A DNA stretch of 64,000 nucleotides from Octopus vulgaris (Eukaryota). The stretch covers positions 111,290,001-111,354,000 of the forward strand of contig OX597816.1 in NCBI GenBank assembly GCA_951406725.2, given 5' to 3'. Below the pieces are notes generated by a model. It did no database searches and had not been told where the DNA came from. It worked only from the letters and a program-made list of their open reading frames with translations. Both the position numbers and the translations under genes were made by a program. Within the stretch, counting starts at the first letter, position 1. The number at the start of each line of letters is the position of its first letter. Positions 62,635 to 64,000 of the stretch are shown here, one piece after another.

Positions 62635-64000
62635 GGCTCCCCTCCAGTGCGTACGCACGAAAGGAAACTTATTATAGTGACTGCAAAACTCAAGGTGGAC
62701 ACCAGATAACCAAATAGCACACAATAATATAATGGCAAAATTTATAACATACACAAAAAATTTACTAAAGGAAAAAGAGAAAAAATACTCAATGAGCAAA
62801 AATCAAGAGTGCATGCATGAAAGTTTATACGTCACAAAGTATAGAGCCTTACGCTGAAGGGAGCGGAAGGAAAGGCAGAACTCACAGTTATTGAACCTAG
62901 GCGAAATTAAAATCCAACTTCTCTAAAGGTAGTTGATCCTGCGAAATAGCAGTTAAATCAATTGCTGCAGGAGAGGAAATGGAATTGGCAGAAGCTCGCT
63001 AGTAACACAAAAGGCAAAAGTGCAAACATGCTGGTGTGATGCGCGACACAGATAATTTTCTGTTAATTACGTGACCAAACAGTGGTCTAACAGGGAAAAA
63101 TAATTACGCCTATAAATCGGCGCAGCGCATTTGAACATCCGACGTCTATGAGTCGGGAAAAGAATTAGGCTAACGCAAACGTGTTGCAAAAAACAAGGCA
63201 ATACACGTGCGAAGCAAAAGGCGCATGAAATGCAATAGTGCTTGCCAGACCGAAAAAACAGCAAGGAATATGCCAGTGGTTGACCGATTATATGCCTCGT
63301 TCGCACAGGAACAAAAGTATGACATGCTGGCGCGTCATAATGGACAAACAACCCTCTCTATGTATACGTGACCGCTAGGGTCTATAGAAATGAGGGGTGT
63401 CCACAAAAGGCAAATTTAGCATGGAACAAACAAGCGAGAAAAGCATGTGTGACGTATGTATGTGAGAGATAGCATTTATGTGTGTGTACGTGTGTGCGAC
63501 AAAATACATACAAGGTGAATGCGAGCAAAATGTAAAAACATACAGCGCATAGAAGAAATGTCTCTCGGGCTATTCCAGACAATGGAATTAGTTTACCAGT
63601 CTATAATAGCCTGAAGCACAATAGCAGTTCGTTCTGTAACAGAAATGTTGAAATCACAAAATGCAGATGCCGGTTGAACACATATCGTGTAGCGGTTGTG
63701 GCTTCAATGCTGTGACATGTTAACTGGAACAGAAGAATCTCGTGGATAGTGCTGGGCTGTGAATTCTTGGTGTGCTAATGCACAAACGGCAAGTGGACCA
63801 AACTTCCGCGAGTTGCTATGTACATCTTGGTGGAGGTCGACGGTGTTGAAAGGCGACGTTGGTGGTGGAAGGCGACTGTAGTGGACTTGGGACAACATCG
63901 TTCTTAGTGATGATGGCGACGAAGATAGCGACGACGTGAAGTAGAAAGACGACGATGATGATGACGAAGGTGGAGAAAAGGCATCGAATATATGATGGCG
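62635..64000 (-). mobile_element. Internal 3' region of the LTR retrotransposon (runs off the window)
   Basis: GC/CpG-richer sequence contiguous with the purine tract. An open Ser/Pro-rich frame 64000-63704 could be an ORF C-terminus; no domain recognised. Confidence 0.5.

Overview
AT-rich, microsatellite-laden animal DNA. The SINE families suggest an octopus/coleoid cephalopod (inferred from repeat resemblance, not a search). I found no host protein-coding exon I can support; nearly all long ORFs are retroelement remnants or microsatellite artefacts. Contents: several R4/Dong-like (RLE) LINE fragments in (TAA)n tracts, one internally deleted Tx1/L1-like LINE, two abundant tRNA-derived SINE families (Meta-domain-like and CORE-like), two TA-flanked Tc1/mariner-type MITEs, an LTR element nested in a LINE, and many Penelope-like element (PLE) pieces in (TA)n. 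The most striking signal is a recurring set of fold-back (palindromic) PLE-derived modules carrying hammerhead ribozyme motifs. These include a ~2.4 kb near-perfect palindrome with an RT-less GIY-YIG ORF and a hammerhead on each arm (51845-54286) and a spacer-less 132-bp perfect palindrome made of two back-to-back hammerheads (58584-58715). A CpG-rich, heat-shock-element-bearing promoter-like region at ~26.6-27.9 kb precedes a CpG-poor domain that may be a methylated gene body. All alignments and folds were done by eye, and repeat boundaries are approximate.
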